Shown here: piece after piece, positions 50,760 through 61,152 of the stretch
How the letters are laid out: the number at the start of each line of letters is the position of its first letter
Position numbering within the stretch: the first letter of the stretch is position 1
Origin: Novosphingobium sp.
GTDB lineage: Bacteria; Pseudomonadota; Alphaproteobacteria; Sphingomonadales; Sphingomonadaceae
Direction: 5' to 3'
DNA: 64,000 nt
Assembly (NCBI GenBank): GCA_027311705.1
Contig: DAICYJ010000133.1
Location: 2,217-66,216 of the forward strand
Translations under genes and position numbers: made by a program
Notes under the pieces: model-generated
Databases searched by the model: none
What the model was told of the DNA's origin: nothing
The model's input: the letters and a program-made list of their open reading frames with translations, nothing else

Positions 50760-50791
50760 AAAAGAGGCTCCGGGAAACCGGGGCCTCTTTT
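50760..50791 (+). terminator. intrinsic (possibly bidirectional) terminator after ctaD
   Basis: AAAAGAGGCTCCGG-GAAA-CCGGGGCCTCTTTT. Confidence 0.85.
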
Positions 50792-50844
50792 GCTTTTGGG
50801 GTTATGAAGTTTGCGACCGCAACCGCTGAATTCCCATAACAACC

Positions 50845-50940
50845 CGCTCATGGTGAGCCGGTCGAACCACCAAAGCACCACGGCCGAAAACCATGCAACC
50901 TTCCCCCCTCCCGCAGGCGGGAGGGTCGGGGGTGGGCGGG
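50845..50940. repeat. REP-like palindromic remnants
   Basis: GCTCA-TGG-TGAGC hairpin near 50846 and CCCTCCCGC-AG-GCGGGAGGG near 50906-50925, followed by a G-rich tail similar to the 3580 element. Confidence 0.5.
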
Positions 50941-51018
50941 CCGCAGCCACGATGCTCGAATGCCGGCCCCGAGACCCAAAACTTTCCTACATCGCCAAAA
51001 TCTGCCTTATCCTGTCGA

Positions 51019-51549
51019 ATGAAGACCTACCCCCGCACCACACTGCGCCGCCGCCCCGCCAGGGTGCCCGCTTTCGTCCCGGTCCCCACCCGCACCCGTG
51101 CCGATGGCTGGTCCACGCTTCGTCAGGCCCGCTTCCTCGTCGCGCTCGCCCGCACGCGGTCGGTAAGCGCGGCTGCCCGGCATGTCGGGATGTCGCGGGA
51201 GACGGCTTACCGGCTGCGGCAGCGGCCCGGCGCGGAAAGCTTTGCGGCGGCATGGGACCACGCAATCGGGCACGGCGCGGCGGTGAAACGGAAGGTCACA
51301 CCCGCTGAAATCGCCACGCGGGCAGTGGACGGCCTTGTCCGTCCGGTCGTCCACCACGGCGAATGCGTCGCGCTCGCCGAAAAGGCCGACAATTCAGCGC
51401 TTCTGCGGTTCCTCGCCCAGCTCGACCGGATACGGGAAGGGGGCGGCACGGGCTTCGGAAGGTCACAGGTGTCAAATGATGCTTCCGCGTCAACTTCGGC
51501 TAGCGATCATCCCTTTCCCCGCAGCGCGCCGCAGCCTATAGGCCGCTGA
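51019..51549 (+). CDS. hypothetical HTH-like DNA-binding protein
   Basis: R.DGW...RQ..FL..LA...[20 protein letters not shown]...FAAAWD. Confidence 0.7.
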   Translation: MKTYPRTTLRRRPARVPAFVPVPTRTRADGWSTLRQARFLVALARTRSVSAAARHVGMSRETAYRLRQRPGAESFAAAWDHAIGHGAAVKRKVTPAEIATRAVDGLVRPVVHHGECVALAEKADNSALLRFLAQLDRIREGGGTGFGRSQVSNDASASTSASDHPFPRSAPQPIGR

Positions 51550-51554
51550 TTATC

Positions 51555-52475
51555 ATGACTCAGCCAGCCATTTCACCCGCATTGCCCGCCGATTGGCGCG
51601 ATTTCTTCGCGCTGACAAAGCCCCGCGTCATGTCGCTGGTGATCTTTACCGGCCTATGCGGCCTGCTGGCCGCGCCGGGCAGCCTGCATCCGGTGCTCGC
51701 CTTCACCGCTATCCTGTGCATCGCGGTGGGCGCCGGCGGCGCTGCCGCCTTGAACCAGTGGTGGGAGGCCGATCTAGACGCCGGCATGAAGCGCACGGCG
51801 CAGCGCCCGCTTCCGGCAGGGCGCATGGACCGCGAATCCGCCCGCGATTTCGGCTTTGGCCTGTCGGGTGCCGCCGTCGCCATCATGGGCCTTGCCATCG
51901 GCTGGCTGCCCGCCGCCATCCTCGCGCTGTCGATCTTCTATTATTCGTGGATCTACACCGTCTGGCTCAAGCCGCGCACGCCGCAGAACATCGTGATCGG
52001 TGGCGGGGCAGGGGCCTTTCCTCCCTTGATCGGCTGGGTCGCGGTAACGGGTGACATCACCCTGATGCCGGTCCTGCTGTTCCTGATCATCTTCATGTGG
52101 ACCCCGCCGCACTTCTGGGCACTCGCCCTGTTCGTGAAGACCGACTACGCCAAGGTCGGCATCCCGATGATGCCTGTTGTTGCAGGAGAAAAATCGACCC
52201 GGCGGCAGATCCTCGCCTACACCGTTCTGCTGGTGCCGCTGTCGGTGGTGCCGTGGTTCATCGGTGGCACGGGCATGATCTACGGCGTATCGGCGCTGGT
52301 GCTGGGCGGCGTGTTCATCGTTCTGTCTACGGAAGTCGGGCTGCGGAGCTCGGTGCCCGATGATGCGATGAAGCCGGAAAAGCGCCTGTTCGCCTTTTCG
52401 ATTCTCTATCTTTTCATCTTGTTCGCGATGCTGGTCGCAGACCGCTTTGCGACAATCTATGGTTGGCAAGCATGA
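51555..52475 (+). CDS. ctaB: heme o synthase (protoheme IX farnesyltransferase)
   Basis: [33 protein letters not shown]. Confidence 0.96.
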   Translation: MTQPAISPALPADWRDFFALTKPRVMSLVIFTGLCGLLAAPGSLHPVLAFTAILCIAVGAGGAAALNQWWEADLDAGMKRTAQRPLPAGRMDRESARDFGFGLSGAAVAIMGLAIGWLPAAILALSIFYYSWIYTVWLKPRTPQNIVIGGGAGAFPPLIGWVAVTGDITLMPVLLFLIIFMWTPPHFWALALFVKTDYAKVGIPMMPVVAGEKSTRRQILAYTVLLVPLSVVPWFIGGTGMIYGVSALVLGGVFIVLSTEVGLRSSVPDDAMKPEKRLFAFSILYLFILFAMLVADRFATIYGWQA

Positions 52476-52657
52476 TTGACGATCCCCGGACGCACGACCT
52501 CGAACTGTTCCGCGCCCGCCAGAAATCGCGCAACAGGGTGCTGGGTTCCATCCTAGGCGCACTGGCCGTCCTGTTCTTCGCGATCAGCATCGTGAAAATC
52601 AGCAATCAATCGCACAAAAAGGCCGAAGCGGCGGCGGCAATGGCTGGGCAGCACTGA
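52472..52657 (+). CDS. small single-TM protein of the cox operon
   Basis: RQKSRN + TM helix; overlaps the ctaB stop and ctaG start. Confidence 0.7.
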   Translation: MIDDPRTHDLELFRARQKSRNRVLGSILGALAVLFFAISIVKISNQSHKKAEAAAAMAGQH

Positions 52658-53274
52658 TGTCTGTCGTGCTCACCGCCGAAGCGCGTCGCAACCGCCGCAC
52701 GGGTCTGCTGGTGGGCAGCATTGCCTTGGCCATGCTGGGGCTGGGATACGCCTCGGTGCCGCTTTACCGGATGTTCTGCCAGGCCACGGGCTTCAACGGC
52801 ACCACCCAGCGCGCCACGGCGGCGCAGGCAGCCGGCGTCAAGGCCACCCTGCGCCCAATCACTGTGCGCTTCGATGCCAATGTCGCGCCGAACCTGCCGT
52901 GGGTCTTCAAGCCCGAACAGGTGACGCAGGATGGCCGCATCGGCGAGCGCAAGATGGCGTTCTTCACCGCGAAGAACACGTCGGATCACGCGATCATCGG
53001 CCGCGCCGTGTTCAACGTGACGCCCGAACAGACCGGGGCCTATTTCCACAAGATTCAGTGCTTCTGTTTCAATGAGCAGCGGCTGGAGCCAGGGCAGGAA
53101 GTGCGCATGCCGGTGATCTACTACGTGGATCCCGCCATGCTCGATGATGCCAACGCGCGCGACACGCCGGAAATCACGCTTTCATACACTTTCTTGGAAG
53201 CGGCGGGCACCGCAGGAACCGCGACTGTCGTTAAGGCTGCAAAGCCACTGGACCGCATCGCATCTGCTCGATAA
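52657..53274 (+). CDS. ctaG: cytochrome c oxidase assembly protein Cox11
   Basis: VPLYRMFCQATG, KIQCFCF. Confidence 0.96.
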   Translation: MSVVLTAEARRNRRTGLLVGSIALAMLGLGYASVPLYRMFCQATGFNGTTQRATAAQAAGVKATLRPITVRFDANVAPNLPWVFKPEQVTQDGRIGERKMAFFTAKNTSDHAIIGRAVFNVTPEQTGAYFHKIQCFCFNEQRLEPGQEVRMPVIYYVDPAMLDDANARDTPEITLSYTFLEAAGTAGTATVVKAAKPLDRIASAR

Positions 53275-53343
53275 AGGCGCATCTGAAATGTTTCCCGGGC
53301 GCTCGCCCGGATACCGGATCTGACCTGGGGGAATACGACGACC

Positions 53344-54168
53344 ATGGCCGGCGCTAAGAACCACGATTACCATATCCTTCCGCCCGATATCTGGCCGTTT
53401 GTCGGCGCTATCTCGGCGCTCACGCTCACCACTGGCGGCGTGTTCCTCATGCACAAGATGGCTGGCGGGCACGCTCTGTTCTTTGCCGGCCTTGCGGGCG
53501 TGATTCTCACGTTCTTCTCGTGGTGGGGCAAGGTCATCAAGGAAGCGCATGCGGGCGATCACACGCCGGTCGTGCAACTGCACCAGCGTTACGGCATGAT
53601 CTTGTTCATCGCTTCGGAAGTGATGTTCTTCGTTGGCTGGTTCTGGGCCTTCTTCGATTTCTCGCTGTTCCCGTCGCAGGTTGCGACCGAGGTGATCGGT
53701 GGCCAGTGGCCGCCAAAGGCGATCGAAGCGGTGATGGATGCGTTCGACCTGCCGCTGCTCAACACGCTCATCCTGCTGTGCTCGGGCTGCACGCTCACCT
53801 GGGCGCATCATGCGCTCATCCACGGTGATCGCGATGGCCTGAAGAAGGGCCTGTGGGCCACGATCCTGCTCGGCATCCTGTTCAGCGCGATCCAGGCGTA
53901 TGAATACGCTCACGCGCCGTTCGCGTTCGGCAAGAACACCTATGGCTCGTCGTTCTACATGGCGACCGGGTTCCACGGCTTCCACGTGATCGTCGGCACG
54001 ATCTTCCTGATCGTCTGCCAGATCCGCGCCTACAAGGGCCACTTCACGCCGCGCCAGCACTTCGGCTTCGAAGCGGCCGCGTGGTACTGGCACTTCGTCG
54101 ACGTGGTGTGGCTGTTCCTGTTCCTCTCGATCTACGTGTGGGGCAACTGGGGCGCTGTGGTCGAATAA
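53344..54168 (+). CDS. ctaE: cytochrome c oxidase subunit III
   Basis: LFIASEVMFF, TGFHGFHV, WYWHFVDVVW. Confidence 0.97.
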   Translation: MAGAKNHDYHILPPDIWPFVGAISALTLTTGGVFLMHKMAGGHALFFAGLAGVILTFFSWWGKVIKEAHAGDHTPVVQLHQRYGMILFIASEVMFFVGWFWAFFDFSLFPSQVATEVIGGQWPPKAIEAVMDAFDLPLLNTLILLCSGCTLTWAHHALIHGDRDGLKKGLWATILLGILFSAIQAYEYAHAPFAFGKNTYGSSFYMATGFHGFHVIVGTIFLIVCQIRAYKGHFTPRQHFGFEAAAWYWHFVDVVWLFLFLSIYVWGNWGAVVE

Positions 54169-54536
54169 TGACCACTGGCGAGAGCCGGAATTCGAAGGGG
54201 CAGCCGGGGATAACCTAGGCTGCCCTTTTCGGTTTGTGCCCCCGCTGCGGGGCAAAAGGCCTGTGGGCCGGCCCGGCGCAGTTCGCTGAGAAGTGCGGCA
54301 ATTGCAGCCAGGAACTGGCCAGGCATGAGCCTTCAGGCCGGCTGCTCTACCTTGCGGTGCTGCCCGTCACCGTGCTGCTGATCCTCGCGGCGCTGAAACT
54401 GGACGAAACGCTCCGCCCGCCGCTGTGGCTCCACGCGCTGCTGTGGCCGCCAGTGGTGGCGCTGGCGATGATCGGCACCGTCCGCCTCGCCAAGGCGGCC
54501 GCCCTCATCACCCGCCTTCGCAAGGAAACACCATGA
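54168..54536 (+). pseudogene. DUF983 family gene with an in-frame TAG at codon 17 (or a shorter protein from TTG 54234)
   Basis: ATG 54168 coupled to the ctaE stop; reads KGQPGIT*AALFGLCPRCG...CGNC + 2 TM. Confidence 0.6.
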
Positions 54537-55108
54537 TCCGCCGCATCCCGATCCTGCCGACCCTGCTGGTGCTGATCGCGGTGGGTGTGATGATCCGACT
54601 CGGCTTCTGGCAGCTGGAACGGCTGCACGTGAAAGAAGCGATGCTGACCGGCGTCGAGGCGGCCGAGGCAGATACCACGGTCCGTGCCTGGCGGGGCGAT
54701 TTGCCCGCGCCACGTGCGTACAGCCAAATATCCACCGAATGCAGCAAGGTGACCGGCATGGCACCACAGTCCGGTCAGAACGCGTCGCACCAGTCAGGAT
54801 GGGCGCAAGTGGCGGATTGTGTGCTGCCCTCCGGTACCAGAGCGCAAGTCGTGCTGGGCTGGTCGTCACAGCCTTTACCGGCCAATTGGAGCGGTGGAGC
54901 CGTTACCGGAACATACCTCGCGCGCGGCAAGGATGGCAGCGCCATCGTCGCCGATCCCCCGCTTGCCGGCCTCCAGCCCAACGCCACGCCTGATCCGCGC
55001 AACATCCCCAACAACCACCTTGCCTATGCAGTGCAGTGGTTCCTGTTCGCAGGGGTGGCGCTCATCATCTACGCGATCGCGCTGCGCAAGCGGCTGCGCG
55101 CGGATTGA
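54533..55108 (+). CDS. SURF1 family cytochrome oxidase biogenesis protein
   Basis: LGFWQLERL..K, PNNHLAYAVQWF. Confidence 0.9.
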   Translation: MIRRIPILPTLLVLIAVGVMIRLGFWQLERLHVKEAMLTGVEAAEADTTVRAWRGDLPAPRAYSQISTECSKVTGMAPQSGQNASHQSGWAQVADCVLPSGTRAQVVLGWSSQPLPANWSGGAVTGTYLARGKDGSAIVADPPLAGLQPNATPDPRNIPNNHLAYAVQWFLFAGVALIIYAIALRKRLRAD

Positions 55109-55158
55109 AGCCCCAAATCCTTGCCAGTGCGCGCCGCTGCCGCTAACCGCCCATTCCC

Positions 55159-56565
55159 ATGAAGTACGTCAGCACGCGCGGCCAAGCCCCTTCGCTCGAT
55201 TTTGAGGGCGTGACCCTCGCCGGCCTCGCCAGCGATGGGGGCCTTTACGTGCCCGAACGCTGGCCCACCTTTACGGCGGACGAGATCGCCGCGATGGCCG
55301 GGCTGCCCTATGCGCAGCTGGCGCAGAAGATCATGCAGCCTTTCGTCGGCGATTGCCTGACGCCCGAGCGCCTGCTGGAACTGTGCGAGCAGGCCTATGG
55401 CCGCTTCGCCCACGCCGCCGTCACCCCGCTGATCCAGCTCGACGAACAGCAGTGGGTGCTTGAACTGTTCCACGGCCCGACGCTGGCGTTCAAGGACGTG
55501 GCGCTGCAATTGCTGGGCCTGCTGTTTGAGGAATTCCTTGGACGCCGCGACGATCACCTGACCATCGTCGGCGCAACCAGCGGCGATACCGGATCGGCCG
55601 CCATCGATGCGGTCGCGGGCCGTGCCAAGGTCGATATCTTCATGATCCACCCGCATGGCCGGGTCAGCGACGTTCAGCGCCGCCAGATGACGACGGTGCT
55701 GGCGCCCAACGTCCACAACATCGCCATCGACGGCAGCTTCGATGATGCGCAGGCGATGGTGAAGCGCATGTTCAACGATCCGGCCATGACCGGGCGGTTC
55801 GGCATCGCTGCGGTCAATTCGATCAACTGGGCGCGGCTGATGGCGCAAGTGGTCTACTATTTCGCCGCCGCGCTTCAACTGGGCGCGCCGCAGCGCAAGG
55901 TGGCATTCAGCGTTCCCACCGGCAATTTTGGTGACGTGTTCGCAGGCTACGTGGCGGCGCAGATGGGCTTGCCGATCGAGCGGCTGATCGTGGCGACCAA
56001 TGTCAACGACATCCTCCACCGCGCGCTGTCGACCGGCGATTATTCGGCCAGCACCGTCACGCCCACCGCCGCGCCTTCGATGGACATTCAGGTCTCGTCG
56101 AACTTCGAACGCCTGCTGTTCGATGGCTGCGGCCGCGATGGTGCGGCCTTGGTCGCACAGATGAAGCAGTTCGAAGCGACCAAGGCGATGCAGCTCAGCA
56201 ACGCCCAGCGCATCAGCGCCGCCGCCCTGTTCACCAGCGAACGTGCCGATGCGGCTGACATGGCCCACGCCATGCGCTGGGCGCACGAAGCCTGCGGCGA
56301 AGTGCTCGATCCCCACACCGCCATCGGCCTGCATGCTGCGCGCGTTGCCGAGGGCATTCCGGCCGGCGTGCCCATCGTCACGCTGGCAACCGCACACCCG
56401 GCGAAGTTCGTCGATGCGGTGGAGCGCGCCACCGGCGTCCGCCCGCCGCTGCCGGCGCGCGTGGGCGACCTGTTCGAACGCGAGGAAGCCTGCACGCACC
56501 TTTCGGGCGATTACGACTCCATTGCCGCATTCATCGCCGAACGCGCGACGCCGAAGGCCGGCTGA
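55159..56565 (+). CDS. thrC: threonine synthase
   Basis: YVSTRG, ELFHGPTLAFKD, ATSGDTG, TAHPAKF. Confidence 0.97.
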   Translation: MKYVSTRGQAPSLDFEGVTLAGLASDGGLYVPERWPTFTADEIAAMAGLPYAQLAQKIMQPFVGDCLTPERLLELCEQAYGRFAHAAVTPLIQLDEQQWVLELFHGPTLAFKDVALQLLGLLFEEFLGRRDDHLTIVGATSGDTGSAAIDAVAGRAKVDIFMIHPHGRVSDVQRRQMTTVLAPNVHNIAIDGSFDDAQAMVKRMFNDPAMTGRFGIAAVNSINWARLMAQVVYYFAAALQLGAPQRKVAFSVPTGNFGDVFAGYVAAQMGLPIERLIVATNVNDILHRALSTGDYSASTVTPTAAPSMDIQVSSNFERLLFDGCGRDGAALVAQMKQFEATKAMQLSNAQRISAAALFTSERADAADMAHAMRWAHEACGEVLDPHTAIGLHAARVAEGIPAGVPIVTLATAHPAKFVDAVERATGVRPPLPARVGDLFEREEACTHLSGDYDSIAAFIAERATPKAG

Positions 56566-57456
56566 ATGGCCGCGCTCGACCTCCAGCCCAAGCTGATGGT
56601 GGGCGAGGGCTGGGGCGACTTTGCCCTGCTCGATTGCGGTCACGGGCGAAAACTGGAAAGCTACGGCAAGCACCGCTTCATCCGCCCCGAACCGCAGGCG
56701 ATGTGGTCGCCCCGGCAGGCGGAGTGGAAGGCCGATGGCGAGTTCGTGCCCGGTTCGGACGAGGACGGCGGCGGACGCTGGCAGTTCGACGGCCCCGTGC
56801 CGCGCGATGGTTGGGAGCTTGGCTGGAACGACGTACGCTTCACCGCCAGTTGCACACCGTTCCGCCACCTCGGCTTCTTTCCGGACATGGCCCCGGTGTG
56901 GGACTGGATGGGCGGACAGCTGGCCGGGCGGACCGATGCAGCCACCCTCAACCTGTTCGGCTACACCGGCGTCGGCACCTTGGCCCTGTCGGACTACGGC
57001 CCGGTCACCCATGTCGACGCCTCGAAAAAGTCCGTGGCGCAGGCCCGAGCCAATGCCGCGCTTTCCGGCATGGAGCAGCGCCCGGTGCGCTGGATCGTCG
57101 ACGATGCCGCCAAGTTTGCCGCCCGCGAAGTGCGCCGCACCAAGCGCTATGACGGCATTATCCTCGATCCGCCCAAGTTCGGACGTGGGCCGGAAGGCGA
57201 AGTCTGGCGGCTGGAGGAAAGCCTGCCCGGCCTGATCGCCGATTGCGGCAAGCTGCTGACGGCGGAAAGCCGGTTCCTGTTCCTCACGGTCTATGCGGTG
57301 CGCATGTCGTCGCTCGCCATCGCAGGGCTGCTGGCAGAGGCGCTGGCGCACTTGCCCGGTACGATCGAGCACGGGGATCTTGCCATCCGCGAGGCCGGCC
57401 CCGATGGCCGCGTCCTCCCCACCGCCATTTTCGCGCGCTGGTCGAACCCGGCATAA
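56566..57456 (+). CDS. class I SAM-dependent methyltransferase (RlmI/YwbD-like)
   Basis: LNLFGYTG, VDASK, ILDPPKFG. Confidence 0.88.
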   Translation: MAALDLQPKLMVGEGWGDFALLDCGHGRKLESYGKHRFIRPEPQAMWSPRQAEWKADGEFVPGSDEDGGGRWQFDGPVPRDGWELGWNDVRFTASCTPFRHLGFFPDMAPVWDWMGGQLAGRTDAATLNLFGYTGVGTLALSDYGPVTHVDASKKSVAQARANAALSGMEQRPVRWIVDDAAKFAAREVRRTKRYDGIILDPPKFGRGPEGEVWRLEESLPGLIADCGKLLTAESRFLFLTVYAVRMSSLAIAGLLAEALAHLPGTIEHGDLAIREAGPDGRVLPTAIFARWSNPA

Positions 57457-57527
57457 GCAAGACTGATGGCGCGTCCGGCGGGGGCTGTGCTGGACAATTC
57501 AGTGCACAAATGCGAGAGGCCCGCCGC

Positions 57528-57902
57528 GTGCAAGACAGCCTTATCCTCGAAGTCGCCAACATCGAAACCGATGTCCTCACCGGGATCTATTCCGAGGAGA
57601 CCGGCAAGCCGCAGCCCTTGCGCATCTCCATCGAAGTCGCGCTAGCGCCGATGGATTTCTACACGCCCGATTGCCCGCTGACGGCGAGTAAGAACTACAT
57701 GGACCTGAAGTTCGCGGCGACCGAGGGCCTGCCGCGCGGCGTCCACTTCAAGCTGATCGAATCTGTCGCCGATCACATTTGCGAAACGCTGTTCCTGCAG
57801 GACGAGCGGGTGCAACGGGTGAAGGTGAAGATCGTCAAGCTGGCGATCAGCGAGGCAGGCGAGGACATCGGCATGACCCTGAACCGGCAGCGGCGCGGAT
57901 GA
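57528..57902 (+). CDS. folB: dihydroneopterin aldolase (start 57510 or 57528)
   Basis: GIYSEE...QPL, NY, HFKLIESVA, VKVKIVK. Confidence 0.8.
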   Translation: MQDSLILEVANIETDVLTGIYSEETGKPQPLRISIEVALAPMDFYTPDCPLTASKNYMDLKFAATEGLPRGVHFKLIESVADHICETLFLQDERVQRVKVKIVKLAISEAGEDIGMTLNRQRRG

Positions 57903-58663
57903 CGGCGCAACGCCCGCTCGCATTGGTGACCGGGGGCTGGCGGCGCATCGGCGCGGCCATCGCGCGCAAGCTGGCGGCGGTGGGCTGGGATCTGGCGCTC
58001 CACGCGCACCATGCCGAATCGATCGACGATGCCTTTGCCGAAGAATTGCGCAGCCTGGGTGCGGCGGTTCACCCGCTGACCGGCGACCTGGACGATCCCG
58101 CTTACGCGCCGAAACTGGTGGATGAGGCCCAGACCAGTGCCGGCCGCGCCCCCACGCTGCTCGTCAACTGCGCCTCGGTGTTTCACGAAGACACCATCGC
58201 AACGCTGGCGGCCGACGAACTGGCGCACCATTTCCGCGTCAATCTGTTCGCGCCGATTCTGCTGACGCGCGCCTTTGCCTATGCGTTGGGTGACAGCGAA
58301 GGCTGCGTCGTCAACATTCTCGACCAGCGGGTTGTAAACCCCGTGCCGGACCAGTTGAGCTACACCCTGAGCAAACAGGCTCTCCACGCGTCGGTGCGCA
58401 CGCTGGCCCGCGCGCTCGCCCCTCGCATCCGCGTGAACGGCGTGGCCCCCGGCCTTACCCTGCCGACCGACGACTATGACAGCGCCCAATGGCAGCGGCT
58501 TGAAGCGCTGATGCCGCTTCAGCGGCTCGCCGCGCCCGACGAAATCGCCACCGCCGTCCACTATCTCGCCACGTCCAAATCGGTCACCGGACAAACTATT
58601 TTCGTCGATGCCGGCGCAAACCTTGAATCTTTTCCCAGAGACTTCGTATACTTGGCGAAGTGA
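57899..58663 (+). CDS. SDR oxidoreductase, pteridine reductase (FolM/PTR1)-like
   Basis: TGGWRRIG (Arg-type cofactor motif), NCASVF, YTLSK; next to folB. Confidence 0.8.
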   Translation: MTAQRPLALVTGGWRRIGAAIARKLAAVGWDLALHAHHAESIDDAFAEELRSLGAAVHPLTGDLDDPAYAPKLVDEAQTSAGRAPTLLVNCASVFHEDTIATLAADELAHHFRVNLFAPILLTRAFAYALGDSEGCVVNILDQRVVNPVPDQLSYTLSKQALHASVRTLARALAPRIRVNGVAPGLTLPTDDYDSAQWQRLEALMPLQRLAAPDEIATAVHYLATSKSVTGQTIFVDAGANLESFPRDFVYLAK

Positions 58664-59679
58664 ACGTCCCCACCGCCTTGCGCGACCAGCCGCTGATCGA
58701 CCGCTTTGCGCGGCGCATCAGCTACCTACGGCTTTCCGTGACGGACCGCTGCGATCTGCGCTGCACTTATTGCATGCCCGAACGCATGGAGTTTTTGCCC
58801 CGCGCCGAAGTGCTGACGCTGGAGGAATTGCATCAGATCGCACTCGCCTTCATCGATCGCGGCGTCACCAAACTCCGGCTGACTGGCGGAGAACCGTTGG
58901 TTCGGCGCGACATGATGGACCTGGTTCGCGCTTTGGGGCGCAAGCTCGGCGACGGGCTGGAGGAATTGACGCTCACCACCAATGGCACCCGTCTGGCGGA
59001 GTTCGCTGACGATCTGGCAGCGGCGGGCGTGAGGCGGATCAACGTATCGCTCGATACGCTCGACCGCGAGAATTTCAAACGACTCGCCCGGCGCGATTCG
59101 CTGCCACAAGTGCTGGAAGGCATCGCGGCGGCCAAAGCGGCCGGCCTGAAGGTCAAACTGAACACCGTGGCGCTCAAGGGCCTGAACGAGGATGGCATTC
59201 CCGACCTTATCGCCTGGGCACACGGGCAGGGGCACTCGGTCACTCTGATCGAGGTCATGCCGCTGGGTGAAGTGGAGGGCGACCGTTTCGATCATTATCT
59301 CCCGCTGGATGCCGTGCGCCGCGATCTGGAGTCGCGCTGGACGCTGACGCCGAGCGACGCGCGCAGCGGTGGCCCGGCGCGTTATGTCGATGTCGCCGAA
59401 ACTGGCGGACAGCTGGGCTTCATCACCCCGCTGACCGGCAATTTCTGCGAAGGCTGCAACCGCGTACGCCTGACCGCGACCGGGCAGCTGTTCATGTGCC
59501 TTGGCGGCGAGGGCAAGGTCGATCTGCGCGCCGCCGTACGCTCGGATGATCCTGACGCGGCGATGGCTGAGGCCTTTGCCCGCGCGATGGGTGAAAAGCC
59601 CGAAAAGCACAGCTTCGCAATCGACCGCGCCGGTGCCGCACCCGCGCTGGCGCGCCATATGTCGACCACCGGCGGCTGA
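58660..59679 (+). CDS. moaA: GTP 3',8-cyclase
   Basis: CDLRCTYC, CEGCNRVR, C-terminal GG. Confidence 0.97.
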   Translation: MNVPTALRDQPLIDRFARRISYLRLSVTDRCDLRCTYCMPERMEFLPRAEVLTLEELHQIALAFIDRGVTKLRLTGGEPLVRRDMMDLVRALGRKLGDGLEELTLTTNGTRLAEFADDLAAAGVRRINVSLDTLDRENFKRLARRDSLPQVLEGIAAAKAAGLKVKLNTVALKGLNEDGIPDLIAWAHGQGHSVTLIEVMPLGEVEGDRFDHYLPLDAVRRDLESRWTLTPSDARSGGPARYVDVAETGGQLGFITPLTGNFCEGCNRVRLTATGQLFMCLGGEGKVDLRAAVRSDDPDAAMAEAFARAMGEKPEKHSFAIDRAGAAPALARHMSTTGG

Positions 59680-59681
59680 AC

Positions 59682-59921
59682 ATGTCGGCAAAGCTGGTGT
59701 TTCTGGGGCGGCTGGAAGACGTGGCCGGAACCCCCGACCTCGATGTAGAGCCTGGACCGCTCGAAGCCCTGCTCGCCCGCCTCGATCCGGCGCTGGCGGT
59801 CGAGCTGCTGGGCGAACGGGTGCGGTTGGCGCTCAACGGCCGTCTGCTGAACGATCCGGGCGGGATCGTGCTGGCCGATGGCGACGAATTGGCCTTCCTG
59901 CCTCCGGTGAGCGGTGGCTGA
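59682..59921 (+). CDS. moaD: molybdopterin synthase sulfur carrier
   Basis: DELAFLPPVSGG. Confidence 0.93.
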   Translation: MSAKLVFLGRLEDVAGTPDLDVEPGPLEALLARLDPALAVELLGERVRLALNGRLLNDPGGIVLADGDELAFLPPVSGG

Positions 59922-60366
59922 TATGCAGAACGTGCGGCTGCTGGCCGAAGCCTTCGATCCGGCGGCCGAACTCGCCACCTTCACCGCTGCCCACCCGAAT
60001 GCGGGCGGCATTGTCAGCTTCCTTGGACAGGTTCGCGCCGAAGGCGATGTCGAGGCGCTGGAACTGCGGCATTACGGTCCGATGACCCTGCCGGGAATGC
60101 AGGCGCTTGCCGCCGAAGCCGCGCGGCGCTGGGCACTCGATGGCCTGCTGATCGTGCACCGCCACGGGGCAATGGGGCCGGGCGATCCGATCGTGCTGGT
60201 CGCCGCCGCATCACGCCACCGCCGCGACGCATTCGCCGCCGCCGATTTCGCGATGGATCACCTCAAAAGCGAAAGCTGGTTCTGGAAGCGCGAGAAAACC
60301 GCCGCCGGGTGGCACTGGATCGAGCCACGCGCCGAAGATCACAGCGACAAGGCGCGGTGGGGCTGA
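59914..60366 (+). CDS. moaE: molybdopterin synthase catalytic subunit
   Basis: HR.G, SRHRRDAF, MDHLK...FWKRE. Confidence 0.93.
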   Translation: MADMQNVRLLAEAFDPAAELATFTAAHPNAGGIVSFLGQVRAEGDVEALELRHYGPMTLPGMQALAAEAARRWALDGLLIVHRHGAMGPGDPIVLVAAASRHRRDAFAAADFAMDHLKSESWFWKREKTAAGWHWIEPRAEDHSDKARWG

Positions 60367-60369
60367 GCC

Positions 60370-60927
60370 TTACCCGGCGATTTGTCCGCGTAAATTGGCA
60401 ATCGTGCGGTCCTCGTCCGCGATCAATCCGCTCACTTCTTCCTGCGCCGCTCTGATCACGATCAGGTCGTCGTTCGGCTCGACAGCTGCTGCCTGTTCCG
60501 CCACGATCAACATGCGATCGAGATCGGCCATCGGCACCATCCCCTGGCTGCGCGCCGAATCGAGCCGGGCGAGCGCCACTTGGGCAACCGACCAGGCTTC
60601 GCCGCCCACGGCAGCGCCCCGTGCCGCGCCGGCAGCGCGCGCGGCAATGGGCTGGCGCGATTCGAACGTGCGGTGCGCGCTGCGGGCCTGCTCGCGCAAG
60701 GCAGTGATGCGGGCAGCAACGTCGGCGGAAGGCGGCAATGGTGCGGTCGCATCGGGCACCACCGGCACATTCACCGGCTGCGCTGTTCCGAAGGCCCGCT
60801 CTGCCGGGCGCTTGGCCAGCGACGGAAAGCGGCCGCGATCCGAAGTGCATCCGCCCACAAGCAACGCAAAGGCGACGAGAGTGAGCGCGGGAGCGCGGGC
60901 GGATGATGAGAGTGACAAGCAGGCCAT
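60370..60927 (-). CDS. hypothetical lipoprotein
   Basis: VGGC lipobox followed by FPSLAKRPAE. Confidence 0.75.
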   Translation of the reverse strand: MACLSLSSSARAPALTLVAFALLVGGCTSDRGRFPSLAKRPAERAFGTAQPVNVPVVPDATAPLPPSADVAARITALREQARSAHRTFESRQPIAARAAGAARGAAVGGEAWSVAQVALARLDSARSQGMVPMADLDRMLIVAEQAAAVEPNDDLIVIRAAQEEVSGLIADEDRTIANLRGQIAG

Positions 60928-61152
60928 GGTGCTGCCATAGCATGCCGAGCGGCCGCTGCCAGCGTCACCATGGCCGATGCCGGTTCGCGCCCGATTTTCT
61001 ACCCTGCACGGCGTTGACATGAAGTCGTCATTCGACTATCCGCGCCCCTCTTTCCGGGCCTTTGCAATCCTGCACTGGGCCGGTGTGCTGTCTGCATTTC
61101 GCGATTCGCGCGGGGCCGGGCAGCCAGGCTTTTGAAACGGATAGCAGGTACC

